Shown here: positions 1 through 8,677 of the stretch, piece after piece
Numbering within the stretch: the first letter of the stretch is position 1
Layout: every line of letters starts with the position of its first letter
NCBI GenBank assembly: GCA_016190665.1
Contig: JACPQD010000036.1
Span: forward strand, 2,976 to 66,975
DNA: 64,000 nucleotides
Origin: Chloroflexota bacterium
GTDB lineage: Bacteria; Chloroflexota; Dehalococcoidia; JACPQD01
Direction of reading: 5' to 3'
The notes under the pieces: model-generated
What the model was told of the DNA's origin: nothing
What the model saw: the letters and a program-made list of their open reading frames with translations, nothing else
The model's database searches: none
Translations under genes and position numbers: made by a program

Positions 1-1
1 A

Positions 2-649
2 CTGGCTCTGGATCGTCAGGCGCTAATCGAAATCATTATGGACGGACAAGCGGAGATAATCGGCGCCGTCTACGGCGTAGCCGAGTCCTGGCAACTGCCG
101 CAAGAGGAATTGAAGCGGCTCTACAAGCCCGACATACCTCGAGCCCAGAAACTTATGACGGAGGCAGGCTACCCTAATGGCTTTCCTCTCGAGGTCAAGG
201 TAAGCTCGGGGCGAAAGGACGCCATGGAAACGGTCACCGTGGTGGCGGGCCAGCTCAGGCAGATGGGAGTGGATATTAAGCAACAGATACTTGAGCACAC
301 TACTCTTATTGCGCAGCGCAATGCGGCAGATTACGTAACGCTGCTCCATGCTAACACGGCATCTATCGAGCCGGGTGAGGCAATAGAGCAACGATGGCGC
401 GCGGGGGGCATGTATAACCTCAAAGACGAGGAGTTGACGAGACTTATCGATGAGCAGCGAAGTGAGGTAGATGCTGCGAAGAGGCGGCAGATGCTGAACC
501 AATTCGAGAGAATAATGATAGACAAGGCCTACGTCTTATTCCTGTACGGCTACGGGGAGCATCTAGTCCGCCAATCCTACATCAAAGGACCTGGACAGCC
601 CTCGGTGCTGGGCCAGCATCTGGTGGCGTACAATTGGATCGAGAAATAG
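2..649 (+). CDS. ABC transporter substrate-binding protein, family 5 (5'-truncated by window edge)
   Basis: Open frame from base 2 (LALDRQALIEIIMDG...). C-terminal SBP_bac_5 pattern (AQKLMTEAGYPNGF, ...WIEK). Paralogous to 13166 and 62368. Confidence 0.85.
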   Translation: MALDRQALIEIIMDGQAEIIGAVYGVAESWQLPQEELKRLYKPDIPRAQKLMTEAGYPNGFPLEVKVSSGRKDAMETVTVVAGQLRQMGVDIKQQILEHTTLIAQRNAADYVTLLHANTASIEPGEAIEQRWRAGGMYNLKDEELTRLIDEQRSEVDAAKRRQMLNQFERIMIDKAYVLFLYGYGEHLVRQSYIKGPGQPSVLGQHLVAYNWIEK

Positions 650-775
650 CCGGACCTGCGAATGGGTGGGGGACGATTCTGTGCTGCTGCCCCGGGCGAG
701 GGAGAGCTATGATTGGTCGATATGACGTTCTGGTCTACATGCCTTTCGTGCCAAGTCACTTATGGCGATCATACG

Positions 776-1786
776 ATGAAACCAAGGAGGGCTCAGACAT
801 CAGTGAGTAAAGACGATTTAACGGCGGAGGCAAGCCGCGTCCACGGAGAGGCAATCGTCATCGACGGCATGACCAATAGCGGGATGACCAGCGCCTATTT
901 CGAGTGTATTCGCAAGGGCGGGATCACCGCGACAATGATTCCTGTTTCCGTCTCAGCACCTTTCCGCAAAACGATAGACCAGTTGAGCGCTTTGTTGAAG
1001 CTGGTGGACGAGAATCGAGAGAAGGTGTCCATCATAAGGAAATCTGAGGATATTCTGGAGGCAAAGCGCGAGGGGAAGCTGGGACTCATCTTTGTGCTAG
1101 AGGACAGCCGGCAATTGGAGGATGATCTGGACCTGCTGCGCGTCTTTTGGGCGCTGGGGATTCGCCGAATGCAACTCGTTTCCATCATGCAGAATTCTAT
1201 GGGGTCAGGCAAACGGGAGAGACACGACTCAGGCCTCACCACCCTCGGAATTCGGGCCATTGAGCGAATGGAGCAGTCAGGGATGCTCATCGATCTCTGC
1301 CATTGTGCCGACAGGACCTTCCGCGACGCAATGGAAGTAGTCAAGAAGCCCGTGGTTTTGAGTCACTCTAACCCGAAGGGGGCTTACGATCACGGGAACA
1401 ACGTTAGCGATGAGCAGCTGAGCATGGTCGCCAAGAACGGTGGGGTGATTGGCATCTCCGGGCTGCCGTACTTTGTCGCTGCCCAGAATCCTACCATCGA
1501 TCAGGTCATGGACCACATTGACTATGTAGCCAAGAGGATCGGTATTGATCACGTGGGCATCGGACTTGCCATCTTCGAGAATCACCCTTTGTCGTTCTAT
1601 GACCAGTTCAAACCTCGAGAGCATATTTATGGCCCTGCCCCGTGGAAGTGGCCGAAGGGGATTGAGACCATAGAGTCATTCCCCAACCTTACGGAGAAGC
1701 TTCTGGAGCGAGGCTATTCGGAGGCAAATGTCAGGAAGGTGCTGGGAGACAACTTCTTGCGCGTCTTCAAGGAGGTGTGGGGCTAG
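776..1786 (+). CDS. Membrane dipeptidase (peptidase M19)-like protein with atypical active site
   Basis: Motifs VLED, IDLCH, SHSN, DHIDYVAKRIGIDHVGIG, LGDNFLRVF. Start is ATG 776 or GTG 803 after AAGGAGG. Confidence 0.8.
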   Translation: MKPRRAQTSVSKDDLTAEASRVHGEAIVIDGMTNSGMTSAYFECIRKGGITATMIPVSVSAPFRKTIDQLSALLKLVDENREKVSIIRKSEDILEAKREGKLGLIFVLEDSRQLEDDLDLLRVFWALGIRRMQLVSIMQNSMGSGKRERHDSGLTTLGIRAIERMEQSGMLIDLCHCADRTFRDAMEVVKKPVVLSHSNPKGAYDHGNNVSDEQLSMVAKNGGVIGISGLPYFVAAQNPTIDQVMDHIDYVAKRIGIDHVGIGLAIFENHPLSFYDQFKPREHIYGPAPWKWPKGIETIESFPNLTEKLLERGYSEANVRKVLGDNFLRVFKEVWG

Positions 1787-1853
1787 CGAGAACGCGGAAG
1801 GCCAAATGCGCAGGGATAGCTGCGCACTGCCAAACATCATTGAGGAGGAATGT

Positions 1854-2432
1854 ATGAGCGCTCTTAAGCAACTTGGGGAAACCCGCTTCGTCGAGGTCCT
1901 GGAGCCGGTCTCCGAGTCCAAGACCGTCCGCCGCGAGATAACTTCGCGGCTGGACAGCCTGGACGGCAAGATCGTTGGCTTCCTGGACAACACCAAGCCC
2001 AACGCCGATACCCTGCTATCCGCCGTGGCGGATCTGCTGACCCGAAAGCACCACCTGGCCAATGCGATCCAGGTGCGCAAGGCGCTGGTCATCAAGACGG
2101 CGGGCCCGGAGATCTTCCAGATGCTCACCGAACGCGCGGACGCGGTGGTCACCGCCTCCGGTGACTGAGGGGCCTGTACAACGTGGAGTATCCACGATGC
2201 AGTCGAGATGGAGAAGCGGGGTATCCCCAGCGTCGTCATCTGTACCGACGAGTTCCTCAGCCTGGGCAAGTCCATAGCCGAGTTCCTGGGCATGCCGACG
2301 CTTAAGATCGTCAGCATACCCCACCCGCTGGGCGGCCTGGAGAAAGAGGACGTCCTGAAACGGGCCGAGGTGGCCCACGAGGAGATAGCGGCGGCGCTGA
2401 CAGCCGCGAAATCGGCGGCGAAAGCCAGGTAG
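1854..2432 (+). CDS. UGSC-family selenoprotein, small subunit (Sec at TGA 2166-2168, motif D-U-G-A-C)
   Basis: ORF-track pieces 1728..2168 and 2208..2432 are in one frame, joined by GAC-TGA-GGG-GCC-TGT. RBS GAGGAGG precedes ATG 1854. Hairpin follows the TGA. Length and sequence match the uninterrupted paralogue at 11101. Confidence 0.88.
2182..2196 (+). promoter_or_regulatory. Putative bacterial SECIS hairpin
   Basis: CGUGGA-GUA-UCCACG, a perfect 6-bp stem with a GU-containing loop, 13 nt after the UGA. Confidence 0.75.
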
Positions 2433-2452
2433 GGGCACGGCGTGCCGTGCCC
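2429..2452 (+). repeat. GTAG REP-like palindrome overlapping a stop codon
   Basis: GTAG-GGGCACGGC-GT-GCCGTGCCC. Related copies at 14842, 42424 and 42536. Confidence 0.7.
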
Positions 2453-2579
2453 TAAGGCCAGGGGTTAGGAGTCAGGGGACGGGGGTCGGGGGTCAGCGGC
2501 CGGGAACGAGGGCGCTCGGACTCGTCGGACGCATCCGACCTGTCCGACAGGTCTGACCGATTAACAATCAGGAGAACGT

Positions 2580-3623
2580 ATGGCCACGCAGACGCTGACA
2601 TCGAAAAGACTCAGGATCGAGGACTCATTAGAGGCCATCAATCAGCTTTTCCATGAGAAGGGATGGACGGACGGTCTCCCCATCATCCCTCCCACCGAGG
2701 ACCGCGTGCGGCGCATGCTCACCGGCACGAAGCGCAAGCCGGAGGAGTCGCTCGGTGGCATGCCCCCCAAGTTTGGCGAGGCGACCATCGAGAAGGTCGC
2801 CGTGAACGCGGTCATGGCCGGCTGCCTGCCGGAATATATGCCCATTCTGATTACCGCTGTCGAGGGGATGCTCGACGAGCGCTATCCGCTCTACGGCATG
2901 CAGGCCACCACGCACCCAGCCGCTCCGCTGGCCATCGTCAACGGCCCCATTGTCAAGAAGGTGGGGCTTAACGCCGGCTACGGCCTCTTCGGGCCGGGGT
3001 GGCAGGCAAACGCCACCATCGGGCGCGCCATCAGGCTAATGCTCCTGAATATGGGCGGCGCCACGCCCGGCAAGGTGGACCGCTCCACCATGGGCCAGCC
3101 CTGCAAGTACACTTACTGTGTCGCCGAGAATGAGGATGCCAGCCCCTGGGAGCCCTTGCACGTGGAGCACGGCTTCGCCAAGAACACCTCCACCGTCACC
3201 ATGAGCAGCGGCGAGAACCCTCATAACATCAACGACCATGTGGGCACGAACGCCGAGCACATCCTGGCCATCGCCGCGGGCACGGTGGCCACCATGGGGG
3301 TGAACTTCCCGCTGGTCCCCCTGATGGTCATCTGCCCGGAGCATGCCGCTACCATCGCCAAGGACGGGTTCTCCAAGAACGACGTGAAGCATTTCCTTTT
3401 CGAGCATGCCCGGCTCCCTCTGGGAAAGGCCAGGGCGAGCGGCATGTACGGCCAGGGCATGTGGCCGAAATGGTGGGACAGCAGCGACCCTGAGACCAGC
3501 ATCCCGGTCACCGAAAACTGGGAAGACATAATCATCGTCGTGGCCGGCGGGGCCGGCAAGCACTCCGCCTTCATCGCCACCTTCGGGCACTTCTTCGGCG
3601 CGCTGACGAAGGAGATCAGGTAG
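2580..3623 (+). CDS. UGSC-associated large subunit, uncharacterised
   Basis: Motifs GWTDGLPIIPPT, AVNAVMAGC.PEY.P, ATTH, ANATIGRAIRL. Homologous to 11635 and to the C-terminal part of 60468. Confidence 0.85.
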   Translation: MATQTLTSKRLRIEDSLEAINQLFHEKGWTDGLPIIPPTEDRVRRMLTGTKRKPEESLGGMPPKFGEATIEKVAVNAVMAGCLPEYMPILITAVEGMLDERYPLYGMQATTHPAAPLAIVNGPIVKKVGLNAGYGLFGPGWQANATIGRAIRLMLLNMGGATPGKVDRSTMGQPCKYTYCVAENEDASPWEPLHVEHGFAKNTSTVTMSSGENPHNINDHVGTNAEHILAIAAGTVATMGVNFPLVPLMVICPEHAATIAKDGFSKNDVKHFLFEHARLPLGKARASGMYGQGMWPKWWDSSDPETSIPVTENWEDIIIVVAGGAGKHSAFIATFGHFFGALTKEIR

Positions 3624-3648
3624 GAAGCGAGAAGCGGGAAGCGGGGAT

Positions 3649-4116
3649 ACTACCTATCCAACGCGCAAGCGAATACGACTGGATGCCCATTGTTGCGCGC
3701 AAGTGGGAACCATCTGCTCTGTCACGGCGGCTGTTCGGGAACGGGCGCCTGTTTTCGCCGATCCGGCTGTGGCTTCCGGCGCGGTCCAGGTACTGCGTTC
3801 ACACGCCGAAAGAACGGGGGTCCGCATCTACGGCTTCTGAGTGATGCCTGACCACGTTCATATCGTCCTGGGACCATCGGAGACGTGCGACATCATCACC
3901 TTTGTTGGCCAGTTCAAGAATCTGGCGCAACGCGCGGCCTGGAGCCAGGGTGTCAGAGGCGCCTTCTGGCAGAAGAGGTTCTGGGACCATTTCCTACGGG
4001 TGGAGGAGGACCTCCAACCCGAGGTGGAGTACGTTTTGAACAATCCGGTGAGACGCAAGATGGTGGAGAATTGGAAGGAATACCCATTTTGCGGGTCGTT
4101 GGAGTTCGATTTGTGA
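3649..4116 (+). pseudogene. REP-associated tyrosine (Y1/HUH) transposase, disrupted
   Basis: Frame reads RKRIRLD...RIYGF-TGA(3838)-VMPDHVH...FWQKRFWDH...YVLNNPVR. No start codon is visible upstream. A REP-like hairpin lies at 4145-4174. Confidence 0.75.
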
Positions 4117-4144
4117 GTGATGTTGTGATGCGTCCCCACCCCCC

Positions 4145-4174
4145 GGGCGGCAGGGGACAAGCCCGCTGCCCTAC
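4145..4174 (-). repeat. GTAG REP-like hairpin downstream of RAYT
   Basis: Minus strand reads GTAG-GGCAGCGGG-CTTGT-CCCCTGCC-GCCC. Confidence 0.55.
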
Positions 4175-4207
4175 GGCTGTCGAAACCTGTGAATATGGAG
4201 AACTGAT

Positions 4208-5422
4208 TTGGCACGAGGTCTGTTAGATGGTCTGAAAGTAGTCGAATATGGCAACATGATCTCGGCGCCCTATGCCGGCAAGCTGATGGCCGACATGGGC
4301 GCGGAGGTCATCAAGGTGGAGGACCCCGGCGGGGGCGACGCGTCGCGGCAGCATGGCCCCTTCCCGCAGGACATCCCACACCACGAGAAGAGCGGGCTGT
4401 TCCTCAACCTGAACACCAGCAAACTCGGCATCACTCTGAACGTGAGGGTAAGAACGGGCCGGGAGATCCTGGAGCGTCTTCTCAAAGATGCCGACATCTT
4501 CCTCCACAACCATCCAGCCAGACAGATGAAGGCCCTGGGGCTGGACTACGCTTCCCTCAAAGAACTGAACCCCCGCCTGGTCGTCGCCGGCGTCTCGGCC
4601 TTCGGCGCCACTGGCCCCTATAAGGACTACAAGGGCCAGGCGATCAACTGCTGCGCCTTCAGCGGCGTCTCCGACGAGATGGGCGATCCTGACCGCGAGC
4701 CGCTCAATCTGCCCCTGTCCATCTCCGATTACCAGGCGGCCATGGCCGCCACCTCCGGCATACTGCTGGCCGTCTTCTATCGGGACAGGAGCGGGGAGGG
4801 GCAATTCGTCGACATAGCGGAGGCGGATGTCATGGCGACCATCCAGAGGGAGGGCGTTTGGCCCGCCTATTTCTCGCTTGGCAAGGTGCACAAGCGGGAC
4901 GGACATCGCCGCTCCGGCCACCTTTATCCGCACACCATATTGCCCTGCAAGGATGGCCACATGTGCCTCATCGCCGTCGAGGGACGGCAGTACAAGCGCT
5001 TCATCGAGATCATGGGCAACCCGGAGTGGTCCAACAACCCGAAGTACCGCGACCGCTGGAAGATCTCGGAGGAGTACGCCGACGAGGTGGATGCCTTGCT
5101 CGCCCCCTGGCTCATGGCCCACACCAAACAAGAGATCTTCCAGATCTGTCTGGAAAACCGCATCCCCTTCGCGCCGGTGCGCACTATCGACGAAGTGGTC
5201 AACGATCCGCACCTGAAGGCGCGCCACTTCTTCGCAGAGATAGACCACCCCGAGGCGGGCATGCTGAAATACCCGGGCATGCCTTACCAGTTCTCCAGCA
5301 CCCCTATGCAGGTCAGCCGTCCGGCGCCGATGCTTGGCGAGCACAATGAGTTGGTCTTCTGCGACCGCCTGGGGTACTCAAAGCAAGACCTGGCCGTTAT
5401 GAGACAGGAAGGGGTCATCTGA
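4208..5422 (+). CDS. Family III (CaiB/BaiF) CoA-transferase
   Basis: LDGLKVVEY, ADMGAEVIKVE, catalytic-type Asp in SISDYQAA, GEGQFVDIA, APMLGEHN. Confidence 0.93.
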   Translation: MARGLLDGLKVVEYGNMISAPYAGKLMADMGAEVIKVEDPGGGDASRQHGPFPQDIPHHEKSGLFLNLNTSKLGITLNVRVRTGREILERLLKDADIFLHNHPARQMKALGLDYASLKELNPRLVVAGVSAFGATGPYKDYKGQAINCCAFSGVSDEMGDPDREPLNLPLSISDYQAAMAATSGILLAVFYRDRSGEGQFVDIAEADVMATIQREGVWPAYFSLGKVHKRDGHRRSGHLYPHTILPCKDGHMCLIAVEGRQYKRFIEIMGNPEWSNNPKYRDRWKISEEYADEVDALLAPWLMAHTKQEIFQICLENRIPFAPVRTIDEVVNDPHLKARHFFAEIDHPEAGMLKYPGMPYQFSSTPMQVSRPAPMLGEHNELVFCDRLGYSKQDLAVMRQEGVI

Positions 5423-5471
5423 TTTTCGATTTTTGATTGCTGATTTCTGATTCTTGATTGAGGAGCGCTTG

Positions 5472-6704
5472 ATGAAAGAGCTGCCGCTGACAGGAATACG
5501 AGTAATGGACTTCGGCTGGGTGATGGCGGGTCCCATCCTGGGCCATATGCTGGCCGACATGGGCGCCGAGGTTATCAAGATCGAGTCGCGAGGTCGCGTC
5601 GATGCCTGCCGCCGTGGGCGCCCCATGAAGCGGGAAGACCTGCCCGAAGGGGTCGAGGAGTTCGAGTTGGTGCCCCTCTTCCACCCCTTGAACCGCAACA
5701 AGCTCAGTGCCACGATCAACCTGAGCAACCCGGACTCCGCCTGGCTTCTCCGTGAGCTGGCGAGGAAGACCGACATCATCGTGGAGAACTTCACGCCGGG
5801 CGTCCTGGACAAGGCCGGCCTCAGCTACGAAGAGCTGAAGAAGATCAAGCCGAATATCATTGTCGTTGCCCTCTCCGCCGCCGGGCAATACGGCCCACTG
5901 CGGGATGTGCGCACCTACGCCCCTTCGATCACCAGTTTGGCGGGCATGGACAGCCTCATCGGGTATCCCGGCAAGGGGCCGGTGGGCACCGTCGGCATCA
6001 GCTACGCCGACCCCAACGCGTCCGCCACGGGCATGGTGGCGGTGCTGGCGGCCCTGTACCACCGCAATCGCACCGGCGAGGGCCAATACATCGACCTTCC
6101 CCAGATGGAGGCGGCCACTGCCCTGCTGGGCGAAGCGGTGCTCGACTATACGATGAACGGTCGCGTGACGCGCACCATGGGCAACCTGCACCCGACCATG
6201 GCGCCCCACAACAACTTCCGTTGCCAGGGAGACGACAAGTGGGTCTCCATCGCCGTCAAGACCGAGGAGGAGTGGCGCGGACTGGTGAAAGCCATGGGCA
6301 ATCCGGCCTGGGCCCAAGAGGAGCGCTTCGCCGACGCCTTTCAGCGACGCCGCAACCTGGCCGAGCTGGAGAAGCTCATCGGTGAATGGACGCAGAACTT
6401 CACCAATATCGAGGTCACCGAGAAGCTGCAGAAGGCAGGCGTGGCAGCGGCGCCGGTGATGGACATCGAGGCCGAACTGGCCAACCCCCATATGAAGGCC
6501 CGGGAGGTCTATATCCCCATGGAGCACCCCTACGTGGGGACGGAGCAGATCACCGGCTTCCCCTGGAAGCTGAGCAAGACGCCCGCCCGGCTCCAGCGGC
6601 GCTCGCCACTCATGGGGGAACACAATGACTACGTCTTCAAGACGCTTCTGGACCTTTCGGACGAGAAGATAGCGGAGCTGAAGGCGGCGCAGGTTATCTA
6701 TTAG
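5472..6704 (+). CDS. Family III (CaiB/BaiF) CoA-transferase
   Basis: PLTGIRVMDF, ADMGAEVIKIE, NRNKLS, ENFTPG, SYADPNAS, PLMGEHN. Confidence 0.93.
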   Translation: MKELPLTGIRVMDFGWVMAGPILGHMLADMGAEVIKIESRGRVDACRRGRPMKREDLPEGVEEFELVPLFHPLNRNKLSATINLSNPDSAWLLRELARKTDIIVENFTPGVLDKAGLSYEELKKIKPNIIVVALSAAGQYGPLRDVRTYAPSITSLAGMDSLIGYPGKGPVGTVGISYADPNASATGMVAVLAALYHRNRTGEGQYIDLPQMEAATALLGEAVLDYTMNGRVTRTMGNLHPTMAPHNNFRCQGDDKWVSIAVKTEEEWRGLVKAMGNPAWAQEERFADAFQRRRNLAELEKLIGEWTQNFTNIEVTEKLQKAGVAAAPVMDIEAELANPHMKAREVYIPMEHPYVGTEQITGFPWKLSKTPARLQRRSPLMGEHNDYVFKTLLDLSDEKIAELKAAQVIY

Positions 6705-6740
6705 GCGTGTTTGCGTCAGCAGACGGAGGATAGCGAGCCA

Positions 6741-7343
6741 TTGTCCGTAGAGCATAACGCAGTTGACTGCTCGAAATTCAATCAGGCGGCCGAGTTGCCA
6801 TACGAGTTGCGGTTGCAGGATTTCGAGATGGCCATGCAGGACGTCTATGACTTCTTCTTCGACGTGAACTCGTTTCTGGGAAGAAAAGGCCTGCAAAGAC
6901 TCGACGAGATGCTGCGGCCAGCCATCATGTCCGGCGTTCTGTCGGATATGCTGACGGCGAGTCTAGCAAGACACTCCCGAGTTCTAAGGGAAAACCAATA
7001 TTTCAACGGCCATCCAGACTTGATCGTCCAGGGGATCTACCCGGGCAATGCAGTCAAGGCAGGAACTGAAGGTATCGAGATAAAGACGACCCGGAAATCA
7101 GGAGGCGCGGTGGATACCCACGGCGCCCGGGACCAGTGGATGTGCGTCTTTGTCCATGACTTGGACTCGGAAACTGAACCGGCTTCCGATAGAAAGCCGA
7201 TGAGTTTTACGGAAATCTACCTGGGGAAGGTGACGGTGGACGACTTCAGACGCAATCCTCGCGGCGAGTTGGGGACGCGAACGGCCACGTTGCACCGGGA
7301 CGGCATAAAGAAGCTGCGTGAGAACTGGATATATAGGGTTTAG
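6741..7343 (+). CDS. Putative type II restriction endonuclease (PD-(D/E)xK)
   Basis: HPDL...GIEIKTT motif. Convergent with, and overlapping by 4 nt, a DNA methyltransferase. TTG 6741 follows GGAGGA (ORF track starts at 6711). Confidence 0.65.
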   Translation: MSVEHNAVDCSKFNQAAELPYELRLQDFEMAMQDVYDFFFDVNSFLGRKGLQRLDEMLRPAIMSGVLSDMLTASLARHSRVLRENQYFNGHPDLIVQGIYPGNAVKAGTEGIEIKTTRKSGGAVDTHGARDQWMCVFVHDLDSETEPASDRKPMSFTEIYLGKVTVDDFRRNPRGELGTRTATLHRDGIKKLRENWIYRV

Positions 7344-8488
7344 GTCGAATCCAGCGGTTGAAAGGCGATGAGTTTCGAGATGGCCTCACGAGCCATCTGG
7401 AAGTAATAACTGTCTTTTTCGATGCCGATGCTCCGATACCCGACCGCCTCGGCGGCGGCCAAAGTCGAGCCGGCTCCCGCAAACGGGTCAAGCACCGTCC
7501 CCTCTCCCAGCGGCAGTACGGCGCGCACGAGTCGGCGGAGAAACGCTTGAGGCTTAAGACTTGGGTGGGGTGCAATGGCGCGTTCCTTCTTCTGGGTCGG
7601 GGAAGAGGCAATAACGTCGCCGAAGGGTCTGCTCGGAGAGTCACGGCGGAAGCCGCCCGTCTTCCATTTTCGCAGGTTGTCTTGAACTCGCCCCTCAATG
7701 GGTTTCCGGAAAAGGACCCAGGGCTCCCACATCGACCTGGGCATGACACTCACATTCTCGAATTCCCTATGGGCGGCTTTCGGGCGGTCTCCCCCCCGCA
7801 TTGTCATGACAAGCCGCATGATCTCGCCGCGCCGTTCCAGTCCCGCGTCGGCAAGGGCGCCTGAAACGATATATGACAGCAGAGGATTCGATGCTAAGAC
7901 CACGTTCGCCCCGGGCACAAGCTTTGGAAGCAGAAGCCGCGCCCAGACAAAGAAGAAGACGCGCAACTGCTCTCTTTGCTCGTCCGTCAACACCGTGAAT
8001 CTGGGCAGCGGCGATCTGACGTGCCCATCAAAGGCGGGAGGTATGCGCCACACCCCTCCTTTTCCGTTGCGAAGCTTGAGTTGTTGGTCAGGTGTGTATT
8101 CATGAAGACCATAGGGAGGGTCTGTCACTACAGCATGGATGCTGTTGTCCTCTTGCTTCTCCAGCCAATCGAAGCAATCGGCGTGGAATAGCGTAGCTTT
8201 GCCCATCGTGAAGGGTTCTGACCAGTCTGAAGATAGCGGCAATTCCCGTGGTACGCCGCCCGAGTACACGGTACTGACGCTGTAAATGCCACGGTTTTCT
8301 CGAACAAATAGGCCGGGAGTGTTGAGTACCAAGTATGATCGGATGGACGAAGCGGGAGTCGGCCCCATAACCGCGCGCACCCTGTTTTCGATCTGCTTGA
8401 CAGAAAGCGGCTGGGAAGTTAATCTGAGGACTTGAAGGATGGCATCCCTGACCCGGCCGGGCGGATATCTAGGTTCTTTTTGACTCAT
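7340..8488 (-). CDS. Beta-class N4-C/N6-A DNA methyltransferase with N-terminal winged-helix-like domain
   Basis: Motif IV DPPY precedes motif I DPFAGAGST; HPSLKP is present. About 75 extra N-terminal residues look HTH-like. Confidence 0.9.
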   Translation of the reverse strand: MSQKEPRYPPGRVRDAILQVLRLTSQPLSVKQIENRVRAVMGPTPASSIRSYLVLNTPGLFVRENRGIYSVSTVYSGGVPRELPLSSDWSEPFTMGKATLFHADCFDWLEKQEDNSIHAVVTDPPYGLHEYTPDQQLKLRNGKGGVWRIPPAFDGHVRSPLPRFTVLTDEQREQLRVFFFVWARLLLPKLVPGANVVLASNPLLSYIVSGALADAGLERRGEIMRLVMTMRGGDRPKAAHREFENVSVMPRSMWEPWVLFRKPIEGRVQDNLRKWKTGGFRRDSPSRPFGDVIASSPTQKKERAIAPHPSLKPQAFLRRLVRAVLPLGEGTVLDPFAGAGSTLAAAEAVGYRSIGIEKDSYYFQMAREAISKLIAFQPLDST

Positions 8489-8494
8489 ACGGGC

Positions 8495-8523
8495 AGTATA
8501 GACGTCCAGACGTCAAATGTCAA
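8495..8523 (-). promoter_or_regulatory. Sigma70-type promoter for a leaderless MTase mRNA, with two GACGTC sites in the spacer
   Basis: Minus strand TTGACA-tttGACGTCtgGACGTC(17 nt)-TATACT-gcccgt-ATG. Confidence 0.75.
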
Positions 8524-8565
8524 CTGTCGTGGTCTGTGCACTCTCGAAAATCGGTTGTTTAGATA

Positions 8566-8637
8566 CCGCGCACTCAAGTACGCGGTATAGGCTGCTTCAA
8601 GAGCGTGTCCAGCATGCCCCGTACTTTAGTGCGGGGT
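8566..8637. repeat. Paired inverted palindrome element (REPIN-like), copy 1
   Basis: CCGCGCACTCAAGTACGCGG ... CCCCGTACTTTAGTGCGGGG. Similar element at 12739-12811. Confidence 0.65.
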
Positions 8638-8677
8638 CAGAGAAGCGAAGCATTTGGCATTCAAGGAGGCTTCAGAA

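Noticed and set aside
2208-2432. Separate 74-aa gene (likewise 60798..62183 as a standalone gene)
   Set aside because: These are in-frame continuations after Sec UGA codons, with no convincing RBS of their own.
5415-6896. Long antisense ORFs (also 4223..5344, 21147..22628, 41090..42433, 49462..50838, 62710..63675)
   Set aside because: Shadow ORFs opposite well-supported genes in GC-rich DNA, with no recognisable motifs.
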